Source of the DNA: Pirellulales bacterium
GTDB lineage: Bacteria > Planctomycetota > Planctomycetia > Pirellulales > PALSA-1355
Assembly (NCBI GenBank): GCA_963733035.1
Contig: CAVTBU010000007.1
Location: 576,001 to 640,000 of the forward strand
DNA: 64,000 nucleotides
Direction of reading: 5' to 3'
A program made the translations under genes and the position numbers. Under the pieces are notes generated by a model, which was not told the origin of the DNA, searched no databases, and was given only the letters and a program-made list of their open reading frames with translations. Positions 1 to 10,439 of the stretch are shown here, piece by piece; the stretch's first letter is position 1, and every line of letters starts with the position of its first letter.

Positions 1-2833
1 ACGTACAGCCTGGAAAAGCTGTTTCCGCTACCCAAGCCCGAGGGTCCGCCACCAACGCTGTCGATTGAAGGTGGCTCGATCGAGATCTTTGATCCTCTCA
101 AGAACCCCTCGAGCATGCTCGTGCTGCGCGACGTTCATCTGACGACCAGGCCGGTTGCCGCCGATGGGGCCGAGTGGCCCACGTTCGAATTGGCCGGATA
201 CCTGATGGCCGATCACGTCCGACGCGTGGAATGGACCGGCACGCTCGATCCGAACGACGAGCGTTGGACGGTCAACGGCACGGTCGACGGCTTGGACCTT
301 TCAGCACGACTGCGCGCCGACCTGCCGGCACCCGTGGCCGAGCAGCTCCAGGTGTTGTCCGGCTTCCATGCTCCGGCCAGTCTGCGGTTCAGCCTCTCGG
401 GCGCGGGCGACCAGAGGCCGCAATTTGTGGTGGACGGGCGTGTGGAGCGGGGCCGCGTCGAGGATCCTCGGCTGCCGTATCCACTGACTGACGTACAGGG
501 AGACTTCCATTTCGACAATCAAACGATCCGCCTCAATGACTTCACCGCGCGTGATGGCCCGACCGTGTGGACCTTGCGGCGGTTCGAGCAACGCGGCTAC
601 GCGCCCAAGAGCCCGTTCGTGCTGGAGGGTGATGGCCAGGCCGTCCACTTGGATAACAAGTGGGCCGCGGCGCTGCCGGTCGACTGGCGCAAGTACTGGA
701 ACTACTACGAGCCCCGCGGAGACGTGAATCTTCAAGGATCGTTGACATTCGACGGAGTCAAATATCATCCCAGGGTCGGAGCCAGTAGCATTCGAGGCCG
801 GGAGAACGTCTCGTTCTTGTTCCATAAGTTTCCCTACCGCCTGGATCGCGCGGGGAACGCTCAGTTGGCGCGACGGCGAAATCAACCTCGCAATGGTCGG
901 CTTCGCGGGACCGCAGCCTGTCACCCTAAGCGGCAACTTCCGGAATCCTGGCCCGGAATTCACCGGTGGAATTGAAATTCATGCGGAAAAAGTGCCGCTT
1001 GACGACAAGCTGTTTGCCGCCGTGTTGCATCCCAAAGCCCACGATGCGATCGTCTCGCTCAATCCCACCGGCACGTTTAACTTGGATGCGAGCCTGTGGC
1101 GAAACGACCCCGCGGTTCGCGAAATGGAAAAGTTCGTTCGCGTGCGGCTCGACTCTTCGAATCGTTGTTGCATCGCCTACGACAAGTTCCCCTACCCGAT
1201 CGACAATCTACAGGGTGAATTGACGCTCAAGGACGATATCTGGACGTTCCGAGACCTGGTGGGGGCCAACGGACCGGGCAGCATTCACTTGACCGGCAGA
1301 GTGGCAACGCAGCCCGACGGCGGGCCGATGCAAATCTATATCGGCGCCCAGCAGATCGAACTTGCCGAGGAGCTCCGCAACGCGCTACCACCGGGCATGC
1401 AGAGGCTGTGGAATGCCTTGCAGCCCTACGGTCGCGTCGATGTCACTTCAACGGTCGAGTTTGCGGCGCTGGGAGAAAAGCCACGCGTCTCGCTGCGGGC
1501 CTTTCCCAAGGACGACGCCACGTCCATCGGCACGTCGATCGAGCCGGTCGCGTTTCCCTATCGCATGCGACTGCTCGGCGGTTGGATTGACTACGAGGAC
1601 GGTCATGCCTGGTTGCACGAAATGCACGGCATTCACGGCACCACCGATGTGCACGCTGACGGAAATTGCCAGATCCAGCCCGATGGCGGCTGGCAGTTGG
1701 AACTGGCGAACCTGACGGCCGACCGCGTTCACTTGCAGGGCGACGACCACGAACTGTTTGCCGCGCTCCCCGAGACGTTGCGCCGTGCCGTTGCCGAACT
1801 CAAGCCCGGCAGTCCGATCAACCTGAGCGGTGCGGTCACACTGGCAAAAGTGCATCCAGAACGACCGCTTTTTGTGGGTTGGGACGTCGACCTGTCGATG
1901 TTCCAAGGGAGTTTGCAAGCAGGTCCACGTTTGGAGAACGTCTTCGGGCGCGTGCGGTTATACGGCGCGTGCAGCGGCCCCCAATTCTCCAGCCACGGCG
2001 AGTTGTTTGTCGACAGCGTCACTTACAAGAACTTTCAGTTCACCGGCGTCACCGGTCCGTTGTGGTTCGACAATTCCAATGTCTTTCTCGGCGCGGTCGG
2101 GCCGCTCGCGGCAGCCAATGCCGGCCCACCGCGCCGCATCACGGCGAAACTGCTCGGCGGCACACTTTCGGGCGACTGCCACGTGACGCTCGGCACCGGC
2201 ACGCAATATCGCGTGCCTCAATATCAACTTACAGCCACGCTCCAGGACGCAGACCTGGCGCAGTTCGCCCGTGAGAATCTGCCCGGCAACGAGCGGCTCA
2301 ATGGCAAGGTGGCCGCCGACATCCAGCTGCAGGGAACGCCCGGCCCGCGCAACCTGTCGGGCAGCGGGGCGATTCACCTCAGCGACGCCGACGTTTACGA
2401 TTTGCCGCTGATGGTTTCGCTACTGAAGATCGCCCGCGCCAAGGCCCCCGACACCACGGCCTTCACCCAGGCCGACATTGCCTTCGACATCCAGCAGGGG
2501 GAACACATCATCCTCAAACAAATCAATCTCGACGGCGACGCCATTAGCCTTTCTGGCAACGGCGAGCTCACGCTCGATGGTCAGAACAACCCGATTCGCA
2601 TGACCTTGCATACCTCCGGGGGCCGCCACGGCTTGCCGATCATCTCCGGCATGCTTAGCGAAGCCGGCAAACAAATCCTGTTGATTCACGTGGCGGGTAC
2701 CTTGGAACATCCCGAAACCCGCACCGAACCATTTCCGGTTGCCAACCAGGCACTACAGCAGTTGCAAGCCGATCCCGAGCAGCCGGCGTTCAAGCAAGCC
2801 GGCGGCTTTTGGAAATCGCTGGGGTTCCGCTAA
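1..2833 (+). CDS. AsmA-like / TamB-like beta-rich envelope protein, 5'-partial, frameshifted near 850-860
   Basis: The frame is open from base 1 into ORF 115..975 and continues in ORF 893..2833. Repeated 'FPYPL/FPYR..G' segments and a C-terminal 'LSGSGAIHL...AFTQADIAF...LSGNGEL' resemble the AsmA-like C-terminus. The indel falls in gcgcgggga. Confidence 0.65.
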
Positions 2834-3001
2834 TTCAAAGGGCCGGGAGATGAACCGCCGCCACCGTAACGGTGTCGGTACAAATCAGAGGGAACGTGGC
2901 GCCCATCGATCGGGTTTGCCGCGGTTGGGAGCAAGATCTAGAATACCGGTTTGCAAACGTCGAAAGTGCCGGCAGAAGCTCACGTCGGAAAGTCCATTCG
3001 C

Positions 3002-3880
3002 ATGCAGTTCACCAAGATGCACGGTATCGGCAACGACTATGTCTACGTCGATTGCTTTCAAGAAGTCTTCCCTGCCGAGCCGGCCGAACTGGTGCGGCGG
3101 ATGTCTGACCGTCACTTTGGCATCGGTGGCGACGGTGTGATCTTCATCTGTCCGTCTGAGGTGGCCGACGCCCGCATGCGAATGTTCAATGCCGATGGAT
3201 CGGAGTCGGAAATGTGCGGCAACGGCATCCGCTGCGTCGCCAAGTACGTGTTCGACCACGACATCGCGAAGAAGGAACATCTGAAAATCGAGACCGGCGC
3301 CGGAGTCCTCGCCCTCGACCTGGAAATCGCCGCTGGCAAGGTCTCGCGCGTGCGGGTCGACATGGGCGCGCCAATCCTCGAACCGGCGGAGATCCCAGTT
3401 GCCCTGCCAGGTTTCAACGGCGAAAAGGTCGTCGACGTTCCGCTGGAGCTGTATGCCAGGCTCGAAAACTCCGATGGTTGGATCGAAGCCTTCGGTTTTG
3501 ACCCGCGAATGACTTGCGTGTCGATGGGCAATCCGCACCTGGTGCTCTATTGTCGCGACACGGCACGCGTGCCGCTCGAGCGCGTTGGGCCGCTGCTCGA
3601 GATGCTGCCGATCTTTCCGCGGCGGATCAACGTGCATTTCGTCGCCGTGCAATCAGGCGGCGAAGTCACGATGCGCACCTGGGAGCGCGGCACCGGCATC
3701 ACGCTGGCCTGCGGCACCGGCGCCAGCGCCGTCTGCGTAGCCGGCGTGCTCGCCGGACGTAGCGAGCGCAAAATTCTCGCCCATCTGCCCGGCGGCGACT
3801 TGGAACTCGAATGGGCGCTCGACGGTCACGTCTATATGACCGGCCCGGCTACGGAAGTTTTTAGCGGCAGGTGGCCCTAA
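3002..3880 (+). CDS. dapF: Diaminopimelate epimerase
   Basis: Motifs [26 protein letters not shown] and [17 protein letters not shown] at 3002. Confidence 0.97.
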   Translation: MQFTKMHGIGNDYVYVDCFQEVFPAEPAELVRRMSDRHFGIGGDGVIFICPSEVADARMRMFNADGSESEMCGNGIRCVAKYVFDHDIAKKEHLKIETGAGVLALDLEIAAGKVSRVRVDMGAPILEPAEIPVALPGFNGEKVVDVPLELYARLENSDGWIEAFGFDPRMTCVSMGNPHLVLYCRDTARVPLERVGPLLEMLPIFPRRINVHFVAVQSGGEVTMRTWERGTGITLACGTGASAVCVAGVLAGRSERKILAHLPGGDLELEWALDGHVYMTGPATEVFSGRWP

Positions 3881-3899
3881 TCCAACGGATGGAGTTTCG

Positions 3900-4703
3900 A
3901 TGGCAAGCAAGGCACGGAAGCGCCGCGGCAAACATACCAACTACCTGCTCGCCAAGTTCGGCGGACTGCTGGCCTCGGCCACGGTGCGAACTTGGATGTC
4001 GACGCTCGACTACCGGGTCTCATTTTATGACCCGACGGTCGACCCGATCGACCATCGCTGCCGTGGCCAGAAAATCTATATCTTTTGGCACGAGTACATT
4101 CTGTTTCCGCTGCACATGCGCGGGCATTCGAACCTCGCGATGCTGCTCAGCCGGCATCGCGACGCCGACATCCTGCTCGAAGTGGCCGGCCACATGGGAT
4201 TCGAGTTCGTGCGCGGTTCGAGCAACGCGGGCGGCGCCGCGGCAATCCGCGAACTGTTGCGCAAGAGCCGCTCGATGAATCTGGCCATCACGCCCGACGG
4301 TCCGCGCGGCCCACGCCGCGTGTTGGCTCAAGGGCCGGTGTATCTCTCGTCGAAGCTCGGCTTGCCGATCGTCGCGATGGGCTTCGGCTACAGCAACCCC
4401 TGGCGGCTGGGCAGTTGGGACCGTTTTGCCATTCCCAAGCCCTATTCGCACGCCCGCGCTGTCGTCAGTCCAGAGCTCAAGATCCCTCCGAATCTTGATC
4501 GCGAGGGTGTTGAACACTATCGACTGCAAGTCGAGCGGATGCTCAACCGCCTCACCTGCGAAGCCGAAGCTTGGGCCGATTCCGGCACGCAAAAGGTCAA
4601 CGAGCAAGTAGCCCTCCGCAAGCCAGCCTGGTGCAAGCTGCACAAAGAAGCCCTCGAAGAGGCGCCGCAGCCCAACGACGCCCCGCTGCGTCGGGCTGGT
4701 TGA
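3900..4703 (+). CDS. DUF374 / lysophospholipid acyltransferase-family protein
   Basis: Motifs FWHE, SRHRDA, VRGSS, ITPDGPRGP and SWDRF.IPKP. Confidence 0.85.
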   Translation: MASKARKRRGKHTNYLLAKFGGLLASATVRTWMSTLDYRVSFYDPTVDPIDHRCRGQKIYIFWHEYILFPLHMRGHSNLAMLLSRHRDADILLEVAGHMGFEFVRGSSNAGGAAAIRELLRKSRSMNLAITPDGPRGPRRVLAQGPVYLSSKLGLPIVAMGFGYSNPWRLGSWDRFAIPKPYSHARAVVSPELKIPPNLDREGVEHYRLQVERMLNRLTCEAEAWADSGTQKVNEQVALRKPAWCKLHKEALEEAPQPNDAPLRRAG

Positions 4704-4795
4704 TGCGTCCTGGCCGGCCGCGCTGGTAAGGGATATATTGACGCCAGAGAAGTATTCCGCCTTCGCCCTTCCCTTTCCACTCGACTCTGCGTGTC

Positions 4796-6069
4796 ATGTC
4801 GTGCGACGATCTGTATTCGACCGGTGACGAGACGGACGCTGACCGTGTGCTGTCGGTCTCGCAGCTCACCGCCGAAATCAAGGGCATGCTCGAAGGCCGT
4901 TTCGGCGCCGTGTGGGTGAGTGGCGAGATCTCGAACTTCTCCCGTCCTCAATCCGGTCACTGTTACCTCACGCTCAAGGACGATGCGGCCCAAATTCGCG
5001 CCGTGATGTGGCGCAACACGGCTCGGGCCGCGCGGTTCGAGCTGCACGACGGACTCGAAGTCATTTGCCAGGGCTACCTCGACGTCTACGCCCCCCGCGG
5101 CAGCTACCAACTCGTCATTCAAAAGATCGAACCCAAGGGGTTGGGCGCACTTGAACGCGCTCTTCGCTTGCTGCGCGAGAAGTTGGCGGCCGATGGTCTG
5201 TTCGCTCCCGAGCGCAAGCGCCCCTGCCCCGCTTCCCGCGCCGCATTGCGTTCGTAACCAGCCCGACCGGCGCCGCCGTGCGTGATTTTCTCGAAGTCCT
5301 TCGCCGGCGTTGGCGCGATGTGCACGTGTTGATCGTGCCGGTGCGCGTGCAAGGCGACGGCGCGGCCGCCGAAATCGCCGCCGGCATCGAACTTGTCAAC
5401 CGGTTGAGCGATCCGGTCGACGTTCTGGTGGTTGGTCGCGGCGGCGGCAGCCTGGAAGACTTATGGGCGTTCAACGAGGAACTCGTCGTCCGGGCAATTC
5501 ATGCCTCGCGGATCCCGGTGGTCTCGGCCGTGGGACACGAGATCGACGTCACGCTTTCGGACCTGGTCGCCGACGTCCGCGCGCTCACGCCCAGCGAAGC
5601 GGCCGAGCGAGTCGTTCCCGCGGCCGACGAGATGCGTGAGTTTCTTCATCGCCAACAGCAGCGGCTCGCGGCCGCGCTCAAGGGGCGCTTCAACCTGGCG
5701 CGCACGCGCGTCGACGGCGTGGCCAACTGCCGCGTGTTTCGCCGTCCGCTCGAACGCGTGCAATTATTCGGTCGCCGGCTCGATGAACTGCAATCGCGCG
5801 CTGCGCGGGCGGTCGATCGCCGCGTCGAGGTGGCCAAGGCCAGCCTGCAGGAGAAGGCCGCGCAGCTCGATTCGCTCAGTCCGCTGGGCGTGCTGGCCCG
5901 CGGCTACAGCTTGACGACGCGGGTTCCTGGCGGCGAAATTGTCGGTGCGGCGCAGCAAGTTTCCGAAGGCGAATTGTTACGCACGCGACTGGCGGCCGGA
6001 GAACTGGTCAGTCGCGTGGAACGGATCGAGCTGCCCAGAAAGGCCAAACGGAAAGTCACCGACCTATGA
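4796..6069 (+). CDS. xseA: Exodeoxyribonuclease VII large subunit (frameshift in a C-run near 5222)
   Basis: N-terminal OB fold ([19 protein letters not shown]) in ORF 4796..5257. It continues as [20 protein letters not shown]...[16 protein letters not shown]...GHEID...LARGY in another frame. Confidence 0.95.
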
Positions 6070-6434
6070 GCGACGCGCAGCAACCAGGCAAATCCGAATC
6101 CCCCGCTTCGTTCGAAGAGGCGCTCGAGCGGCTCGAGGATATCGTCGAAGCACTCGAGGAGGGGCAGATTCCCTTGGCCGAATCGCTGGCCCGCTACGAG
6201 GAAGGCATCAAGCTGCTCAAGCAGTGCTACCAGTCGCTATCAGCGGCCGAGCGGAAGATCGAGTTGTTAAGTCGTGTCGATTCCGCGGGTCAAGCACAAA
6301 GCGAGCCCTTTGACGATTCCGCGCTTTCTTTAGAAGAAAAGGCGCAGTCGCGTTCGCGCCGCCGCTCAAGAAATCCAAATTCTGACGCGCCGGCAGGCGG
6401 CGACGAGATAGACGGACCGGGGCGGCTCTTTTAG
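6066..6434 (+). CDS. xseB: Exodeoxyribonuclease VII small subunit
   Basis: [37 protein letters not shown] overlap with xseA. Confidence 0.95.
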   Translation: MSDAQQPGKSESPASFEEALERLEDIVEALEEGQIPLAESLARYEEGIKLLKQCYQSLSAAERKIELLSRVDSAGQAQSEPFDDSALSLEEKAQSRSRRRSRNPNSDAPAGGDEIDGPGRLF

Positions 6435-6495
6435 AATGGATGGGCCGCCGCTGGCCTGCGGCAAACGATTCCAGCAATCGCCGCCGAGCCTTTGA

Positions 6496-7395
6496 GTGAT
6501 GGTCGACAGCGCCACGTTCTCTCTTGATTGCTATAGCCGCCAAGCGCGCGAGCGCATCGATGGCGCGCTCGAAAGATACACGCACTTCGATCGCGGTTGC
6601 CCGCCAACCTTGACCCAGGCGATTCGCTACAGCCTGCTCGCGCCAGGCAAGCGGCTGCGGCCGATGCTCGTGCTATTGGCCGCGGAAGCCTGCGGAGGCG
6701 ATCCGCCCGCGGCCATGCCGGCGGCTTGCGCGGTGGAAATGGTGCATGCCTATTCGCTCGTGCACGACGACCTGCCGGCAATGGACGACGATGATTTGCG
6801 CCGCGGCCGACCGACTTGTCACAAGGCGTTTGGCGAGGCCGTGGCCATTCTGACCGGCGACGCGCTGTTGACGTTGGCCTTCGAGGTCTTGGCCCGCGAC
6901 GTTCAGCCCCCGGCCGTGGCGGCTCGGTGCTGTGCGCTGCTGGCTCGGGCCGCCGGTGGCTCGGAACTGGTCGGCGGGCAGGCCGACGATCTGGCTGGTG
7001 AGTTTTCCGAAGGCGGCATTGAGGCGCTGGAGGCCATTCATCGTCGCAAAACCGGGGCCATGTTCCTGGTTTCGCTCGAATTGGGGGCCACCGTGGCCGG
7101 CGCCGACAAACAACAGTTAGCGGCGCTCAAGAAATACGGTCAGTGTTTAGGGCTCGCGTTTCAAATTACCGACGATTTGCTCGACGTCCGCGGACAGACC
7201 GAGGAGATGGGCAAACGCGTGGGCAAGGATTCGGATCGCGGCAAATTGACGTTTCCCGGCATACTCGGAATTGAGGAGAGCACGCGGCGAGCCGAGGCAC
7301 TCGTCGCGGAGGCCTGCTCAGCCCTGCAGACTTTCGAGCCCCAGGCTCAAGGTCTCCAGTCGCTGGCTCAATACGTGCTCAACAGGAATCACTAA
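6496..7395 (+). CDS. ispA: Polyprenyl (farnesyl/geranylgeranyl) diphosphate synthase
   Basis: Motifs GKRLRP, HDDLPAMDDDDLRRG and AFQITDDLLD; lies between xseB and dxs. Confidence 0.93.
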   Translation: MMVDSATFSLDCYSRQARERIDGALERYTHFDRGCPPTLTQAIRYSLLAPGKRLRPMLVLLAAEACGGDPPAAMPAACAVEMVHAYSLVHDDLPAMDDDDLRRGRPTCHKAFGEAVAILTGDALLTLAFEVLARDVQPPAVAARCCALLARAAGGSELVGGQADDLAGEFSEGGIEALEAIHRRKTGAMFLVSLELGATVAGADKQQLAALKKYGQCLGLAFQITDDLLDVRGQTEEMGKRVGKDSDRGKLTFPGILGIEESTRRAEALVAEACSALQTFEPQAQGLQSLAQYVLNRNH

Positions 7396-7398
7396 CTG

Positions 7399-9306
7399 AT
7401 GGATAAGCTGCTTTCCAAAATCGAGTCGCCGCGCGACCTGCAAAAACTCAGCACCGCGGAGTTGGAAGAGCTCGCACGCGAGATGCGCGAAGTGCTCTGC
7501 AACCTGGTGTCGAACCGCACGGCGCACTTCGCGTCGAACCTGGGCGTTGTCGAACTCTGCCTGGCGCTGCACACCGAGTTCGACTTCAGCCACGATCGAC
7601 TGATTTGGGACACCGGCCATCAGATCTATCCGCACAAGCTGATCACTGGCCGCTATACCGAGTTCGGCACCATGCGGTCGAAGGGCGGCCTGATGGGTTA
7701 CCCCAATCCGCACGAAAGCGATTACGACCTGTTCATGACCGGCCACGCCGGCTGCAGCGTCTCGACAACGCTCGGCCTCAAGAGCGGCGATCATTTGCTC
7801 GGCCGCGACGACCGCCACGCCGTCTGTGTTATCGGCGACGGTGCGTTTCCCTCGGGCATCGTGTACGAAGCCATGAACAACGCCGGCGGCCTGGGGCTGA
7901 ACCTGCTGGTAATCTTGAACGACAATCAGATGTCGATCTGCCCTCGGGTCGGTGGCCTGGGGCAGTATCTCGATCGACTCCGCGTCAACACGCTCTACAC
8001 GGGTCTCAAGAGCGAAGTGCTCAAGATGCTCAACAAGGTGCCGCTGCTGGGCGATCCGGCCGAGCGGTTTCTGGCACAGCTCAAGGAATCGATCAAGGCC
8101 GGCCTGCACGGCGGCATGCTGTTCGAGGAGCTTAACTTCCGCTACATCGGACCAGTCGACGGCCACAATGTTGGCCAATTGCGCAAGTATTTGACCATGG
8201 TCAAGGATGTGCCCGGCCCGGTACTGTTGCACGTGGTCACCGAAAAGGGACACGGCTTTCAGCCCGCGGCCGAGGATCCGGTGTTTTTCCATACGCCGGC
8301 GCCCTTCACGCGCGCCGAAGAGCGAGTCCTGGAATTCAAAAAGAGCTCGTCGAAGGCCTATACGAACATTATCAGTGAATCGATCTCCGAGCAGATGGCC
8401 GCCAACCCCAAGGTCACGGTAATGACTGCGGCCATGTGTCAGGGCACCAAGCTCGAGAAGGTGCGACAGCAATATCCCGAGCGGTTCTTTGACACCGGCA
8501 TTTGCGAATCGCACACCGTGGCCTTTGCCGCCGGTCAGGCCAAGGCCGGCCTGCGTCCCATCGTTGACATCTATAGCACCTTCCTGCAGCGCAGCTACGA
8601 TCAGATTTTCCAGGAAGTGGCGCTGCAGAACTTGCCGGTTACGTTCGTGCTCGATCGCTCGGGACTGGTCGGTGCCGACGGCCCGACGCATCACGGCGCG
8701 TTCGACGTCGGCTACATGCGATTGTTCCCGAACATGGTCGTGATGGCGCCTGGCGACGAGTCGGACGCCCGCGCGATGCTCGACTTTGCCCTCGCGCACG
8801 ACGGTCCTACCTCGATCCGCTATCCCAAGGCCACGGCCCAAACGATCGAAGGCACCCGCACTTCCGTTGAATTAGGCCGCGCCGAAGTGCTCGACTGGGG
8901 GCACGACGGCATGCTGATTGGCTGCGGCACGTTGGTCAACGAGTGCATCAAGGCCGCCGCCAGGCTGCGTGAAGACGGCCTCGACGTCGGCGTGATCAAT
9001 GCCCGCTTCGTCAAACCGCTCGATACCGAAACGATTGTGCGGGCAATCGCCAGCAGCCCGTTTGTGGTCACGGTTGAAGAGTCGATGTTGATGACCGGCT
9101 TTGGCAGCGCCGTGCTCGAGGCCGCTAACGACGCCGGCCAATCGACGGCCCACGTCCGCCGCCTGGGCATTCCCGATCGTTACATTGAGCACGCCGAGCG
9201 AAGCGAACAGCTAGCCGACCTGGGCCTCGACGCCGCCGGCATCGCCGAAACCTGCCGCGAGTTGGCAGCCGAGGTCGGAACGAATAAGGCCCGCCGCGTG
9301 AGCTAG
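7399..9306 (+). CDS. dxs: 1-deoxy-D-xylulose-5-phosphate synthase
   Basis: SNLGVVEL, WDTGHQ.YPHK, TPP motif IGDG...EAMNN...NDN, YSTFLQR.YDQ and DGPTHHG. Confidence 0.98.
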   Translation: MDKLLSKIESPRDLQKLSTAELEELAREMREVLCNLVSNRTAHFASNLGVVELCLALHTEFDFSHDRLIWDTGHQIYPHKLITGRYTEFGTMRSKGGLMGYPNPHESDYDLFMTGHAGCSVSTTLGLKSGDHLLGRDDRHAVCVIGDGAFPSGIVYEAMNNAGGLGLNLLVILNDNQMSICPRVGGLGQYLDRLRVNTLYTGLKSEVLKMLNKVPLLGDPAERFLAQLKESIKAGLHGGMLFEELNFRYIGPVDGHNVGQLRKYLTMVKDVPGPVLLHVVTEKGHGFQPAAEDPVFFHTPAPFTRAEERVLEFKKSSSKAYTNIISESISEQMAANPKVTVMTAAMCQGTKLEKVRQQYPERFFDTGICESHTVAFAAGQAKAGLRPIVDIYSTFLQRSYDQIFQEVALQNLPVTFVLDRSGLVGADGPTHHGAFDVGYMRLFPNMVVMAPGDESDARAMLDFALAHDGPTSIRYPKATAQTIEGTRTSVELGRAEVLDWGHDGMLIGCGTLVNECIKAAARLREDGLDVGVINARFVKPLDTETIVRAIASSPFVVTVEESMLMTGFGSAVLEAANDAGQSTAHVRRLGIPDRYIEHAERSEQLADLGLDAAGIAETCRELAAEVGTNKARRVS

Positions 9307-9388
9307 GCGAGCGTCGTTCGGCCGTCGGCTCCGTGCGCGTACGTATTTCGTCTTAGGCGACCGTGGCTCATGCACCGCGCCATGTTCC

Positions 9389-9418
9389 AACCGACCTGTA
9401 TCGGGCCGGTTTCTTTTT
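9389..9418 (+). terminator. Probable intrinsic terminator after dxs
   Basis: Imperfect hairpin aaccgacct-gtatc-gggccggtt followed by tcttttt. Confidence 0.55.
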
Positions 9419-9589
9419 GCGCTCCGCTAGATTCTTCTAGTCGTAAGTCGCTCGGCGAACGAATCTCAGAAATTAGCTCGTGAAATCGGGCCAGCACTTC
9501 GGTTAGAGTCGGACCCACACGCGACGGAAACGTTGGCACGCGATTGTTTGGCGTCGCCGACTGGTTCGCATTGCCGAAGGAGCTTTCCC

Positions 9590-10324
9590 ATGGTGCCCGA
9601 CGACGAATTCGAATCGAAGGACAAGTCCGCCCGCGACGCTCCGAGCGATAGCCAGACCGGCGCGGGGCCGGCCGACATTGCCCAAGCGGGCTCGGGAGAC
9701 GTCACCCAGCAAGACACCGGGCCGGTCGCGTCCGAGGCCGTACCGACCGTGGTTCCGTTGCCGAACGAGCCGGTCGCCGCGTCCGATGCCTCCGCCATGC
9801 CGGCAAGCACCTCAGGCGATCCACCGGCGTCGACGGTGCCGCCCGCGGGGTCGCCGCCAGATGAGCGGCAGATTTTCATCGGCTATCGCCCGCAAGCGTC
9901 GCCCCCGAGTCCGCCGGCGACATCCGTTCCCGCGGTCCGGTTGATCTCGAGCCCGGCCGAGCACACCTTCTCCGCTGCGTCGCCGGCCCGGGGCACTCGG
10001 CGCGAGTATGAGTTGCCGATTGGCCCGGCTGCCAACAACGAAACCGATCCGGCGGATCGGCTCTTTCCGCCCGAATTGGCCCAGCGCCCCGCGCCCCCCG
10101 GCCACACCTATCCGGCTGGATCGACAGCGCAAGCGATTCCCCGGATCCAGGTATTGGTCACGCTGGCCAACGCCCGTGCTCTGTTTGATGAAGCGTTGGA
10201 ACTGGCGACCGAGAAGACGGCGCCAAGGTTTCACAAGATCGTGCAGTTCGAACTGGCCCAGGCTGAATTCGACCGCAAGTCGGCGGCCCGCGCGGCGGAC
10301 TATCGGCTGCGCGGCCCTTCGTAG
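9590..10324 (+). CDS. Hypothetical protein with a Pro/Ala/Ser-rich low-complexity N-terminus and a short helical C-terminus; possibly the N-terminal part of the downstream toxin gene
   Basis: AGGAG ribosome-binding site before the ATG at 9590; same strand, about 115 nt upstream of the toxin ORF. Confidence 0.55.
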   Translation: MVPDDEFESKDKSARDAPSDSQTGAGPADIAQAGSGDVTQQDTGPVASEAVPTVVPLPNEPVAASDASAMPASTSGDPPASTVPPAGSPPDERQIFIGYRPQASPPSPPATSVPAVRLISSPAEHTFSAASPARGTRREYELPIGPAANNETDPADRLFPPELAQRPAPPGHTYPAGSTAQAIPRIQVLVTLANARALFDEALELATEKTAPRFHKIVQFELAQAEFDRKSAARAADYRLRGPS

Positions 10325-10439
10325 CGCCCCCCCCGCGTATCGGCTGATTTCGTTCCTCTTCGCATTCCCGATGCGACCGCGGCTCGAAGTGTGCGCTTCT
10401 GGTCGTGTGTGATTGTGCTGTGCGCCGGTGGCCAGTTTC

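Noticed and set aside
7318..8841. 507-aa antisense ORF over dxs (similar long shadow ORFs at 20879-22723 and 58939-60489)
   Set aside because: These are fully antisense to well-supported genes. Long shadow frames are expected at high GC, and they carry no motifs.
9533..9548. Sigma54-like TTGGCACG upstream of the toxin locus (also at 36915)
   Set aside because: The -12 GC is absent at the required spacing.
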